A stretch of 64,000 bases of DNA from positions 1 to 64,000 of IMG/VR virus record IMGVR_UViG_3300037518_000322; one strand, 5' to 3'. The notes below the pieces were generated by a model that was not told where the DNA came from, ran no database searches, and saw only the letters and a program-made list of their open reading frames with translations. The stretch is from a virus. Both the position numbers and the translations under genes were made by a program. Shown here one piece after another: positions 1 to 8,994 of the stretch. Within the stretch, counting starts at the first letter, position 1; every line of letters begins with the position of its first letter.

Positions 1-471
1 GCCGATGCGCAGGGGCTCGGACAGGTTCAGTGTCATGCCCGCCTCACGTGCGGAGCGGCGCAGGTGACGGATGCACTCGTCGCAGTACGGGGCGGGGATG
101 GTGCTCACGCCGTCCTGGTCGGTGACCGAGGCGTAATACGCGGCGTAATAGGCGTCGTGGGCGGGGCAGGGGACGCGGGTGAAGTACTCCGTGAGGTAGT
201 GGTGCGCGATGCCGCCGTCCCGGTTGACCAGGAGATCCACCTGGTAGCGCTGCCCGGCGCCGTATCCATGGCGGTCACCCTGGGTAGTGCCGCTCCACTG
301 GTAGTGGGTGTACTTGTAGATGTCGGCGTAAGCGATGTCCTGGTCCCGGTCCCCCGGCAGCGGCTTGGACAGCACACGTGAGAGGTGGCGATTGAACGCG
401 TAGTCGGTGACAGTCTCGGAGTTGTCGCGGACGTCGTCGGGGATGGGGACGGCGGTCTGGGTGGTGTTCAT
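1..471 (-). CDS. Hypothetical protein, partial (runs off the left end)
   Basis: ATG at 471 (MNTTQTAVPIPDD...PYCDECIRHL...), open frame to position 1; purine-rich RBS upstream. Confidence 0.6.
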   Translation of the reverse strand, partial: MNTTQTAVPIPDDVRDNSETVTDYAFNRHLSRVLSKPLPGDRDQDIAYADIYKYTHYQWSGTTQGDRHGYGAGQRYQVDLLVNRDGGIAHHYLTEYFTRVPCPAHDAYYAAYYASVTDQDGVSTIPAPYCDECIRHLRRSAREAGMTLNLSEPLRIG

Positions 472-480
472 GATCTGTCG

Positions 481-693
481 TCACTTCTTTCTGGGGTTGA
501 GTTTCATGGCGATCAGCAGGGCGGGCCACACGACGATGAACACCGCGAAGAGGAAGGCCTCACCAGGGTTGCCGACCCGCACCCTGCCCTGGTCGGTCGG
601 GTTCTTGACCAGGTGGACGATGCAGCCGATCAGTCCCGTCAGGTAGAGGGCGATGAGCGATACCCAGATGAGATCTTTGAGGAGATCAGACAT
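481..693 (-). CDS. Small membrane protein, 70 aa
   Basis: Two hydrophobic segments; start overlaps the stop of the upstream gene. Confidence 0.7.
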   Translation of the reverse strand: MSDLLKDLIWVSLIALYLTGLIGCIVHLVKNPTDQGRVRVGNPGEAFLFAVFIVVWPALLIAMKLNPRKK

Positions 694-953
694 CAGATCT
701 CCTCGGGGATGTCGATGCCGTTCGCGGCCAGGAGGGATTCCAGCGCCGCGATACGGCCCCGGTCGCGCTCCTCGCGGCGGCGCCGGTTGGTCTCGGCGTA
801 GCTCTCATTGACCAGGGCGACGATCTCCAGTTGCTCGGGGTCGAGCGGGCCGTCCTGTTCGGTCATGACGAACTGTTCGTCGGGCAGGTGGCCGTGCTCC
901 TCGCGGTACTGGAAGGCGCGCATCTCTTCGCGGTCGATGTTCATGCTCATCAT
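693..953 (-). CDS. Hypothetical protein
   Basis: MMSMNIDREEM...; TGACCATG coupling to the upstream gene. Confidence 0.65.
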   Translation of the reverse strand: MMSMNIDREEMRAFQYREEHGHLPDEQFVMTEQDGPLDPEQLEIVALVNESYAETNRRRREERDRGRIAALESLLAANGIDIPEEI

Positions 954-955
954 GG

Positions 956-1297
956 TCAGCAGCCGCCCATGTCCCGGATCATGGCGGTGATCTCGTTGCG
1001 CTTTTCGTACAGCTCTTCGAGGCAATCGCGCTTGATGCCGTCGGCCAGTTGCTTGGCGACCTCCCACAGGTGCAGGTCCGTGATCGCGGCCAGGTCGTTG
1101 AACGTGCCGGTGTCGGCCAGGGGCACGACGCACCCCGTCAGCTCAGCCTCCGACTCGATCGGCCCGACGGCGCGCACCGTCACGACGTACGGCGCCCATT
1201 CGTGCTTGTTGATCTTCTCGGTGGTCTCGGCGACGATCTCCGGCTCACCCCAGGGGGTGTAGTCGTCATCAATGGCGATGGTGTACGTGAACTGCAT
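956..1297 (-). CDS. Hypothetical protein
   Basis: 113 aa ORF preceded by ACGACCACGACTGAAAAGGC motif. Confidence 0.7.
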   Translation of the reverse strand: MQFTYTIAIDDDYTPWGEPEIVAETTEKINKHEWAPYVVTVRAVGPIESEAELTGCVVPLADTGTFNDLAAITDLHLWEVAKQLADGIKRDCLEELYEKRNEITAMIRDMGGC

Positions 1298-1328
1298 GGC
1301 GTGGCCTTTTCAGTCGTGGTCGTACGTG

Positions 1329-1634
1329 TCAGGCGGCGGGCAGGTTGCGGCGCACGAACTCTCGCAGGATGAACGTCCGGTCGGCTTCGGGGTAGTCGCC
1401 CAGAGGGACCGGGCGGACGGCGTCGCATCCCTCCTCGAAACAGTGCTGCATCATGCGGGTGTGGCTGGTGTACGCCCATTGGTGCTGCGCGTCCTCAAGA
1501 TCGCCACGGTCGGCGGTGCGCAGCTCATCAGGCGTGAGCGCGGCCACGTACCGCAGCTCCGGGTACGCGGCCAGGCGCGCCGGACAGATGGGGCTCATAC
1601 CGGCGAAGTACCCGTACTTGAAGGTGCGGCGCAT
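1329..1634 (-). CDS. Hypothetical protein
   Basis: 101 aa ORF, TGACCATG start. Confidence 0.65.
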   Translation of the reverse strand: MRRTFKYGYFAGMSPICPARLAAYPELRYVAALTPDELRTADRGDLEDAQHQWAYTSHTRMMQHCFEEGCDAVRPVPLGDYPEADRTFILREFVRRNLPAA

Positions 1635-1636
1635 GG

Positions 1637-2230
1637 TCAGATCTCTTCGGTGGCGGGCAGCATGTCGAGCAGCGCGGGGGCCAGCTTCGCGCCCACCGCA
1701 CCGGCCTGACGGAAGAAGTCCCCGGCGATCTTGTCCTGCTTCGCTGCCTCCGTACGTGCCTGCTCAGCGGCTTGTTGTGCGGTGTTCCCGTCGCCGCTCA
1801 ACAACAGGTAATGGCTCAGCGCCTGCCACCCGGCGTGAGTGTCGGCGAAGGTGTCCAGCGCCGTGGTGAGCGCCTCCCACATCTGGCCATAGGTGGCGGA
1901 CCGGAACTCCACCTGACCGCCGTTGGTCTTGCGGAAGCCTCCCGCGTTCGGGGTGAGGGCACGGTGCCACAGCTTGCCGTTGGCGGCGTGCTTCCTGTAG
2001 TGAATCTGGTAGTGCACGGCGTGGGCGCGGCCCCGGATCGTCCAGTGATCGTCCGCGTTCGGGTTCGCCTCGAAGGCGGGGTCGGTGGCCACGTACAGGC
2101 GGGGCAACAGGTCGGTGACGTTGCCACGCTCGATGTCGTGATAGTTGTCCCGGTCGGCGGGGGCGACGGCGATGTACAGCCGTCCGTATTTGGTGTCGAC
2201 GACGGCGGGGATGGTGGGTGTGTTCTGCAT
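1637..2230 (-). CDS. Hypothetical protein
   Basis: 197 aa ORF preceded by ACGACCACGACTGAAAGGC motif. Confidence 0.7.
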   Translation of the reverse strand: MQNTPTIPAVVDTKYGRLYIAVAPADRDNYHDIERGNVTDLLPRLYVATDPAFEANPNADDHWTIRGRAHAVHYQIHYRKHAANGKLWHRALTPNAGGFRKTNGGQVEFRSATYGQMWEALTTALDTFADTHAGWQALSHYLLLSGDGNTAQQAAEQARTEAAKQDKIAGDFFRQAGAVGAKLAPALLDMLPATEEI

Positions 2231-2272
2231 GATGCTGCCTTTCAGTCGTGGTCGTGCGGCGGTGGGCGTTGC

Positions 2273-2584
2273 TCAGGGGGTGGGGCAGCCGGGGCAGAGC
2301 ACAGCGCGCGGGGGGTCACCCGCGACGAGATCGAAAAGGATCTCGTGCGTCTCACCGCAGCCCTCACAGGCCAGTTTGAACGGCCGGATCTTTTGCACCA
2401 CGTAGACGGGCGCGTTGGCGGGGATGGTGATGGATGAGTCTTGCGACGTCTTCACGATCCGCAGCGAGTGTTCCCACGAGTGGTATTGAATGCGCTCGAT
2501 GGTGTGCGTGACGCGGGAGTCTTCACCGAAGCGGATCTTGTCGCCTGCCTTCACGTCGTTGATGGTGCTGATCATCATGTCCAT
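2273..2584 (-). CDS. Hypothetical protein with C-terminal CxxC...CxxC zinc ribbon
   Basis: MDMMISTINDVKAGDKI...CEGC...CPGC; AAGGA RBS. Confidence 0.65.
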   Translation of the reverse strand: MDMMISTINDVKAGDKIRFGEDSRVTHTIERIQYHSWEHSLRIVKTSQDSSITIPANAPVYVVQKIRPFKLACEGCGETHEILFDLVAGDPPRAVLCPGCPTP

Positions 2585-2667
2585 CACGGGTTCCTTGTCA
2601 TTGGGTTGGTCGTGCGGCGAGGGGAACGCACACCCCACGGGGTGTGCGCTCGGGTCACGCGGCACGC

Positions 2668-2907
2668 TCAGACGTAGTCGCCGACGTGGAAGGTGTAGCC
2701 ACGGGCCGTCTCGCCGGTCCTGGTCAGCCGGGCGACGTCGCCGACGGCGGACAGGGAGCGAACAGCCTTCATGTGCGCGGCGACACCGTCCAGCCCCTCA
2801 CGGTAGGGGTAGGGGATGGTGGCCGTCTCACCGGTGGATGCCGTGGCCTTGATGCGGTCGCACTCGGTGTCGGTAGCGTCCAGCTTGCGGGTGGTGATGG
2901 TGATCAT
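2668..2907 (-). CDS. Hypothetical protein
   Basis: 79 aa ORF, GAAAGGC RBS. Confidence 0.65.
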   Translation of the reverse strand: MITITTRKLDATDTECDRIKATASTGETATIPYPYREGLDGVAAHMKAVRSLSAVGDVARLTRTGETARGYTFHVGDYV

Positions 2908-2942
2908 GGTGGTGCCTTTCGGTAGTGGCCGTGCGGCGCGTC

Positions 2943-3266
2943 TTAGATGTCGCCGTTCAGCTTCTCGATGAAGATCTCCATGGCGTTGACGTATGAGCAG
3001 TCGTGGGTGCCGTTACCGGCGCTCCAGGCGCCACCCCATGAGCCGTCGCTGGAGCGACCGGTGACCACGGAGTAGGCGCGCAGCACAGGCCGTGAGGCGT
3101 CATGCAGGATCATGCGGGCCACGTTCGGCACCTCCCCGTCACGGGAGGGGATGAGCGCGGCGGCGATCACCGTGTACATGCCCAGCCGGTTGGGGAAGGG
3201 CATGGGTTCGGCGGGCAGGGTGCGTGTGTCGGTCTCGGATCCGGGGTGGGAGGGGATGCGGGTCAT
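2943..3266 (-). CDS. Hypothetical protein
   Basis: GGAGAGCTGACCATG start motif. Confidence 0.65.
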   Translation of the reverse strand: MTRIPSHPGSETDTRTLPAEPMPFPNRLGMYTVIAAALIPSRDGEVPNVARMILHDASRPVLRAYSVVTGRSSDGSWGGAWSAGNGTHDCSYVNAMEIFIEKLNGDI

Positions 3267-3268
3267 GG

Positions 3269-3601
3269 TCAGCTCTCCAGTCGGGTGACGCGAATCAGGG
3301 AGTGCGGGAAGTAGGCCACGCTGTCACGGCCAGACGGCCACTCGACCCAGTGGTGACGCGGGCCACTGCGGGGAACCTCAGTCTCGACGATCTCGCCGGT
3401 GAGTCCAGGCTGCGACCAGTGAGCAACCTTGTCGCCGGTGTACAGGGTGGCGTCGGCGTCGTCGGCCAGCTCATACCGCCCGGCCCGTGTGTCGGAGACG
3501 ACCACGGTGGACGGGCGGACAGCACGGGCCATATTCATGGCGGTGAAGGTGAAGTCCGTGGGGATGTCGAGCAGTTCACCGTCAGCTTTGATGCGGATCA
3601 T
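3269..3601 (-). CDS. Hypothetical protein (SH3-like C-terminus possible)
   Basis: MIRIKADG...; GAGGAGAGCTGACCATG start. Confidence 0.6.
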   Translation of the reverse strand: MIRIKADGELLDIPTDFTFTAMNMARAVRPSTVVVSDTRAGRYELADDADATLYTGDKVAHWSQPGLTGEIVETEVPRSGPRHHWVEWPSGRDSVAYFPHSLIRVTRLES

Positions 3602-3603
3602 GG

Positions 3604-3813
3604 TCAGCTCTCCTCGGGGACGTTGCGCTGAGTGGACAGGGGGTGTTGCTGGCACCACTCGATACGTGCGCGCCGGGAACGGCCGGTGCCCTTCACACGG
3701 ACGGTCACCCACCCCACCCCAGCGTCGACACGCCTCACCTCAGCGGCGAACAGGGCTGATCGCGGGCCCTTGACCAGCACGTATTCGCCTTGCTGCGGGG
3801 TCCAGTCGATCAT
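3604..3813 (-). CDS. Hypothetical protein
   Basis: 69 aa; GGGGAACTGACCATG start. Confidence 0.6.
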   Translation of the reverse strand: MIDWTPQQGEYVLVKGPRSALFAAEVRRVDAGVGWVTVRVKGTGRSRRARIEWCQQHPLSTQRNVPEES

Positions 3814-3815
3814 GG

Positions 3816-4202
3816 TCAGTTCCCCTTGGTCTTGAGGCGGTGAACGGTGATCAGGTCCACGTCGTCACTTCCACGGCCGAACCAGCGCGCGCCGTCCGGG
3901 GTCGTGACGTAGACCGTGCGCATGCGGTACGGGCCATCCTTGCCGTACTGCCTGGCGCCACGAACGATGGATGTGATCTTGCCCAGTTCGCCGCCGGTCC
4001 ACGTGGCGAACTGCTTGCCGTCGTCGCTCACGTAACCGGTGTGGGAGTCGGCCGTCTTGATGGCGTCACGTTCGGACGCTTCGGCGCACGGGTAGCACAT
4101 GGTGCGTCCGGTCTTCGGATCGGTGGCCGTGCCGGTGCCGACACGGCCCGGCGTGGGCGTGACGGTGTGCCCACAGTCGGGCATGAAGGGTGTCAGGTCC
4201 AT
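3816..4202 (-). CDS. Hypothetical protein (Cys-containing)
   Basis: MDLTPFMPDCGH...CYPCA; AAGGAGAGCTGACCATG start. Confidence 0.65.
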   Translation of the reverse strand: MDLTPFMPDCGHTVTPTPGRVGTGTATDPKTGRTMCYPCAEASERDAIKTADSHTGYVSDDGKQFATWTGGELGKITSIVRGARQYGKDGPYRMRTVYVTTPDGARWFGRGSDDVDLITVHRLKTKGN

Positions 4203-4224
4203 GGTCAGCTCTCCTTGTCTATGG

Positions 4225-4518
4225 TCAGGATCCATCGGCCATCTGCGCCCGCCACTGCCTTCGAAGCTGCGCCTTGACGTGCTGGCGTGTCTGCTCATCG
4301 CGCCAGACGTACGGAGTGCCCCACACCCTGAACATGAGCCTGGCCGCGTCCTCGGGCACGGTGAGCGTCGCACTGTCCGCGTCGCGGAAGGTGACCATGA
4401 GCGTGTGCCACGCCTGTTGCTCGGCGCGTTCCTGCGCGATGTCGGCGCGGGAGCGGATGAGTGCGGCCACAGCGTCGGCGAACAGCTTGGCGTCGTCGGG
4501 TGCGATCTGGAATTGCAT
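4225..4518 (-). CDS. Hypothetical protein
   Basis: 97 aa, AAGGA RBS. Confidence 0.6.
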   Translation of the reverse strand: MQFQIAPDDAKLFADAVAALIRSRADIAQERAEQQAWHTLMVTFRDADSATLTVPEDAARLMFRVWGTPYVWRDEQTRQHVKAQLRRQWRAQMADGS

Positions 4519-4525
4519 GGTGTCC

Positions 4526-4768
4526 TTATCCGGCCCATAGGCCTAGTTCACGGATGACGTCGGTTGTCGGCGGGAAGGGTGCGTGGACCAGTGCGCCGGG
4601 CGCCTGGTAGTCGACGTAGCCATTGCCCCACCCGCCGCCCGCACCCGCCCACTGGATCACCCGCGCCCGCACCCCGTTGGGTGTGGTGATGCGGGTCAGA
4701 GTGACCGGGCGGTGTGCACGGCGGCGGTCGCGGATGATCTCTCGTTCGAGGCGGCGGCGCTGGTTCAT
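4526..4768 (-). CDS. Hypothetical protein
   Basis: MNQRRRLERE...; GAGGAGAACTGACCATG start. Confidence 0.6.
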   Translation of the reverse strand: MNQRRRLEREIIRDRRRAHRPVTLTRITTPNGVRARVIQWAGAGGGWGNGYVDYQAPGALVHAPFPPTTDVIRELGLWAG

Positions 4769-4770
4769 GG

Positions 4771-5070
4771 TCAGTTCTCCTCGGGGAGCGGGTGATGCAC
4801 ACAGCGGCACTCACCGGTGAACGTCCAGCGATTGGCGATGAACGCCACTCCGTTGCACGTGCAAGTGAGGATGTAGACGGGCTGGTCCGGGGCGAGTGTG
4901 ACGGGCTCATCGCGCGACGCGTACGACCACTGCGAATGCGCGCGGAACGTCACGGCGTTCTCGTTCTCGGCGGGTTGTCCGGCGACTTTGCGCGCTGATG
5001 CGTGGTAGTCGCCCTTGACCACGTAGGTACGGTTCGGCGCCAGATCACGGGCGGTCTTGAGTTCCCACAT
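4771..5070 (-). CDS. Hypothetical protein
   Basis: MWELKTARD...; AAGGAGAACTGATCATG start. Confidence 0.6.
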   Translation of the reverse strand: MWELKTARDLAPNRTYVVKGDYHASARKVAGQPAENENAVTFRAHSQWSYASRDEPVTLAPDQPVYILTCTCNGVAFIANRWTFTGECRCVHHPLPEEN

Positions 5071-5107
5071 GATCAGTTCTCCTTGGTGATCGAGTGGTGA
5101 CGGGCGT

Positions 5108-5335
5108 TCACGATCCGTCGCCGTCGCCGCTGCCCTGAGTCTGCGTGGTGCGGGTGGTGCGGGTGTTGCGGCCGATGAACAGACGGCCCACCGTGAAGAC
5201 CAGGAGCGCAATGGCGTCACGGGGCCCGGCGGCGGCGATGCCGTTCATGTACATGTCAGCGTAAACGGCGCCTGCGATGATGAGTGCGAACGTGGTGACC
5301 AGGAGAGAGACGATCTGGTCGCTCAGAAGATCCAT
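5108..5335 (-). CDS. Small membrane protein
   Basis: Two hydrophobic helices, TGACCATG start. Confidence 0.65.
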   Translation of the reverse strand: MDLLSDQIVSLLVTTFALIIAGAVYADMYMNGIAAAGPRDAIALLVFTVGRLFIGRNTRTTRTTQTQGSGDGDGS

Positions 5336-5337
5336 GG

Positions 5338-5559
5338 TCAGCCCCTGGGGGTGTCGTAGGCGATTCCGGTACCCGGGCGGATCTCACGGGCCACGCGCCG
5401 GTTGCCGATCACGAACCGGCACGGCTGACAGGTGAGGGGGACGGCCACGGCGGGGTTCACCGCGTCGACGTCGCCCAGCGTCTCGCCGCACTCTGCGGTG
5501 AACGGGTCGATATCGGTAGCGGCATGGATCTCGTTGTCCAATCCGATGATCTTGAGCAT
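5338..5559 (-). CDS. Hypothetical protein (H...C...CxxC)
   Basis: MLKIIGLDNEIH...; GAGAGG RBS. Confidence 0.6.
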   Translation of the reverse strand: MLKIIGLDNEIHAATDIDPFTAECGETLGDVDAVNPAVAVPLTCQPCRFVIGNRRVAREIRPGTGIAYDTPRG

Positions 5560-5570
5560 GGTGTTCCTCT

Positions 5571-6198
5571 CTACAGTCCGTGGTTCTTCGCGTGCCACTG
5601 GGCGGTTTCGATCACGTCATAGTGATCAAAGGTGGTGGTGTCGGCGCATTCCTGCCATAGCTGCGCCACGGCCATACTCAGCATGTCGGCGAACAGCTTC
5701 GAGTCCGTCGTGATGACCGGCCAGACAGCGTTCGCGATGGCGAACGTCCCGCTCAACTGGTCCCACACGACGGGCGGGTGGCCAGGCAGGGACGGAAGCA
5801 TGTGCAGATCGGCGATGGTATCGACCAATTTCGCGGCACCCCCGCCCCCGACCTCTCCCGGCGTATCCGTAACTACGGCCTCCGGACCCGGGTAAGTGCC
5901 CTGCTCGATCTCCTCGAACAGTTTCGCCTTCAGCTTGGCCAGATGTGCGAGGGCGAACTGTTCGAGAACGAACTTAGCCAGAGCGGCGGCGAACAGCTCG
6001 GCATGCTTGGCGGCCAGAGCGGCGGCCAGAGCGGCATCGGCCTTGCTCTGGCCGCACTCCTGCTCAAGGAAATCGAACCCACTCCTTGGCGAGGGCGGGG
6101 AGCGTGTACTGCTCCGGTTCCCCCGGGGTGAAGACCACGGCCCCTTTTGCAACTTTCTGCATGTCGTGCATGTGGCCCTCGAAATCCTGCATGTCCAT
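5571..6198 (-). pseudogene. Hypothetical gene split by an apparent 1-nt frameshift near 6078-6080
   Basis: ATG at 6198 with CTGAAAGGC RBS gives ...PALAKEW then stops; removing one G from TGGG joins it to the 5571-ending frame (FDFLEQECG...). Confidence 0.5.
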
Positions 6199-6323
6199 GA
6201 TCGGCCTTTCAGGTGGTGGTGGTCCGTCGGATGCAGTGTGTCCAGTGCTTGGGGGAGCAGCGGGGCGGGCGGGGAAGCGGCCAGGGGCGCAGGGGGCGCC
6301 CGCAGTAGGGGCAGGTGCCCATG

Positions 6324-6599
6324 TCAGTTGTCGTCGTCGTCGATGGTGGCGAACTCGTAGGCCAGACGCGCCACCTGCTCATGCGTCTTGGGGGTGCCCG
6401 TGTTCAAAATGGCGTTGTCCAGCACGTACACGGGGCCGTTCATCACGGACACCGTCCACGTGCCCGTGTACTCCTTGCCGAGGGTGCCGCCGCCGTCCTT
6501 GTCGACGGCGACCAGCCATCCGTGAATGGTGGTGCAGTACTCGGGCATGTCCCCATCGGCGTCGGCGAATGCTTTGCGGTACGGGTTGGTGGTGGTCAT
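6324..6599 (-). CDS. Hypothetical protein
   Basis: 91 aa, GAGG RBS. Confidence 0.65.
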   Translation of the reverse strand: MTTTNPYRKAFADADGDMPEYCTTIHGWLVAVDKDGGGTLGKEYTGTWTVSVMNGPVYVLDNAILNTGTPKTHEQVARLAYEFATIDDDDN

Positions 6600-6611
6600 G
6601 GCGGGTGCCTC

Positions 6612-6959
6612 TCAGTTGTTGACGGCGGTGGCGAACCATGCGGTCTGCGTGGCATCGGACGCGCCGAGCAGCCACACCGCAGCCTCGCGCTTGGACCCGA
6701 AGCCGGAGCGGCCCGGCGTCATCTGCCACAGACCCTTGTCGTAGTCGACGGTGGGGTAAGACTTGGGGTCGAGCGAGACGACGGCACGCCACTGGTTCGG
6801 GAACGAGGGGTTCGGCTGGACCAGACCCAGCACGCGGAGGTGTTCACCCTCCCCCGTGGTCACGCCGAAGATGAAATTGCCGGTGAGGGGAACACGCCTG
6901 TCGTCGGCGTCGATCATCGACGTTTGACTCAGCTTGGTGTACGTGAACTTGTGCGGCAT
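6612..6959 (-). CDS. Hypothetical protein
   Basis: 115 aa, AAGGA RBS. Confidence 0.65.
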   Translation of the reverse strand: MPHKFTYTKLSQTSMIDADDRRVPLTGNFIFGVTTGEGEHLRVLGLVQPNPSFPNQWRAVVSLDPKSYPTVDYDKGLWQMTPGRSGFGSKREAAVWLLGASDATQTAWFATAVNN

Positions 6960-6977
6960 GGCGGGGTTCCTTGTCTG

Positions 6978-7160
6978 TCAGAGTCCGCAGGCGATCATGA
7001 ACGACTGCTTCGCGGCGGGTGGTGTGCGGTTGGTGGCGGCGTAGATGTCGGCGATGGTCTCGGCGACATGTTCCAGTGCGGCCAAAGTGGCAGGCGCCTG
7101 CGACCGATCGGCCTGTTCGCGGATGGCGGCGGCGATCTTGATGGCGTCGGCGTTGGTCAT
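6978..7160 (-). CDS. Hypothetical protein
   Basis: 60 aa helical ORF, GGAAGG RBS. Confidence 0.6.
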   Translation of the reverse strand: MTNADAIKIAAAIREQADRSQAPATLAALEHVAETIADIYAATNRTPPAAKQSFMIACGL

Positions 7161-7179
7161 GGTGGTGATCCTTCCGTGG

Positions 7180-7428
7180 TCAGATGGTGCGGCGCATGGG
7201 ACGCTTGCCGGGGTGGAAGTAACCCCCCGTGCGCGATTCGGTGCATGAGGCGGTGCGGTCCTCGATCCACTTCACGGCGTCGACTTCGGCCGTGATCTCG
7301 TTGCCGAGACTGCCACCGCATCCCTTGCCGTCGTAGGTGTAGCCCCCCGGCTCCCGGTACAGCTCGACCCAGTAGCGGCCTCCCTCGGATTCCCAGCGGC
7401 CAATGATCGTGCGCGTGGTGGTGTTCAT
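7180..7428 (-). CDS. Hypothetical protein
   Basis: MNTTTRTIIGRW...; AAGGA RBS. Confidence 0.6.
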   Translation of the reverse strand: MNTTTRTIIGRWESEGGRYWVELYREPGGYTYDGKGCGGSLGNEITAEVDAVKWIEDRTASCTESRTGGYFHPGKRPMRRTI

Positions 7429-7504
7429 GTCGGGATCCTTGTCTGTCGTCTGCGGACACGGACGTCCACAGCGGGTGAGGCTGCGGGCGCCCGTGAGGGC
7501 AGCG

Positions 7505-8017
7505 TCAGAACGGGTGCGTCGAGTCGGGGTGGCACGACATGCCGTCGTCGTCGTGCTCGGCGCAGTACTGCCCCTCGGAACACAGATGGCAGTTGTGCCG
7601 GTCGATCTTCGCCTCCTCCTCCTGAAGTGCGGTCCAGTCGGCGTCCCGCTCTTCGGCCGTCTCATACCGCGTGACTGAGACGAACCCCTGACTATCCGTG
7701 GTGAGTGTGACCCCGGCGCCCATCGGGCCGTCAAAGGTGCCCTGGTCGGGGTTGCGGAAAAGAGCATTCCAGCCGATCGAACACTCAGCGTCGCCGCATT
7801 CGTCGGACTGACCGGAGTCCAGTGTCCAGCCGTGCACGACTTCGGCCGCCGCGCCGGTGAACTTCGCCGACCAGCCGGGGCAGCGTCGGTACGAGCCGTC
7901 TCCGACGTCGGCGGGGCAGGGGGCGCCGATCATGGAGGGGCATTCGATACCGCACGCCTCCCACATCGGCCAAGTCAGGGCGGTGATGTCAGGGGGCTCG
8001 ATGTTGTAGCTGATCAT
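7505..8017 (-). CDS. Hypothetical Cys-rich protein
   Basis: 170 aa; CTGAAAGGC RBS; CHLC...C..H motif. Confidence 0.65.
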   Translation of the reverse strand: MISYNIEPPDITALTWPMWEACGIECPSMIGAPCPADVGDGSYRRCPGWSAKFTGAAAEVVHGWTLDSGQSDECGDAECSIGWNALFRNPDQGTFDGPMGAGVTLTTDSQGFVSVTRYETAEERDADWTALQEEEAKIDRHNCHLCSEGQYCAEHDDDGMSCHPDSTHPF

Positions 8018-8031
8018 GATTGCCTTTCAGG

Positions 8032-8367
8032 TCAGACAGCGCGCGGCGGACGGAACCAGAACGTCTTGACGATCCGGCGTACACCCCTGGTGCTGCGGCT
8101 GGTCGTGCTGGCCGGGGTGGTGTACAGGCGCAGGACGTACCCGTCCACCTCCAAGTCACGGTCATCCCACTCGATCCGCATCGTGCGGAATCTGCGCCCC
8201 TGGGACGACCAGGGGCGGCGGGGGCGCACGGTGATCTGGTCGGCGGTCACCGACTCCACCACGGCGCCCTCACGAGAGTCGCTGAGGTAGTCGTGGTCGG
8301 TGATGTCAACTGTCCATCCGGGCTGGATCTGTGCGGCCAGGGCGCGCAGTGCGTTGATGTCGGTCAT
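8032..8367 (-). CDS. Hypothetical protein
   Basis: MTDINALRALAAQ...; TGACCATG coupling. Confidence 0.6.
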   Translation of the reverse strand: MTDINALRALAAQIQPGWTVDITDHDYLSDSREGAVVESVTADQITVRPRRPWSSQGRRFRTMRIEWDDRDLEVDGYVLRLYTTPASTTSRSTRGVRRIVKTFWFRPPRAV

Positions 8368-8369
8368 GG

Positions 8370-8627
8370 TCACTCGCTTTCTTGCAGGGTGTGTGCGGTG
8401 TCGGTGTCGAGTACGACGGTCGCGCCGTGCACCTTGACGTACGGGGTGCCTGAGTTGCTGTAGACCATGACGTAGACCCGTCGCCACACGCCGAGGTAGC
8501 GGAGCATGTGTTGGGTGGGTATGGCGCCCCCGTATCCGGTCACGGTCTGTCCGCTCACGGGTACGGCCGTGGTGCGGATGCCGCTCACGGCTGAGGGATC
8601 GGTGTAGGGGATTTCGTGTAGCTGCAT
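8370..8627 (-). CDS. Hypothetical phage protein
   Basis: MQLHEIP...GYGGAIPT...WRRVYVMVYSNSGT; AGGAG RBS. Confidence 0.65.
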   Translation of the reverse strand: MQLHEIPYTDPSAVSGIRTTAVPVSGQTVTGYGGAIPTQHMLRYLGVWRRVYVMVYSNSGTPYVKVHGATVVLDTDTAHTLQESE

Positions 8628-8638
8628 GTCAGGTGCTC

Positions 8639-8887
8639 CTAGTAGTAGTTCGGCGTGGTGCGGTCGCTGTACAGCCGCGAGAACGAGGCGGCTTCCGCGT
8701 CGGTTGCCGGGCGCCATCCGTCGAGGATGGCGTCCAGGGAGCGCCAGATGGACGTGGGCTGGAACTCTGTGTAGCCATCGGTGGACGTCCAGCGCAGCCC
8801 GTCACTGTCTGCGCCCGCGCAGCGTGCGACAACGCCGCCGCTCTTGTTGGTCGCGATGATGTCTCCGGGCTTGGGGCGGAAGGGCAT
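8639..8887 (-). CDS. Hypothetical protein
   Basis: MPFRPKPGDII...; GGAGG RBS. Confidence 0.65.
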   Translation of the reverse strand: MPFRPKPGDIIATNKSGGVVARCAGADSDGLRWTSTDGYTEFQPTSIWRSLDAILDGWRPATDAEAASFSRLYSDRTTPNYY

Positions 8888-8994
8888 GTCAGATTCCTCC
8901 GGGACTGGTTGGTAAAGGGTTGGTAAAGCGGCCAAGGGGCAGGGGGCCAGTCTTGCAGCGGCCAGGCATGCGCGTCAGGCGGTCCGTCAGGGCC

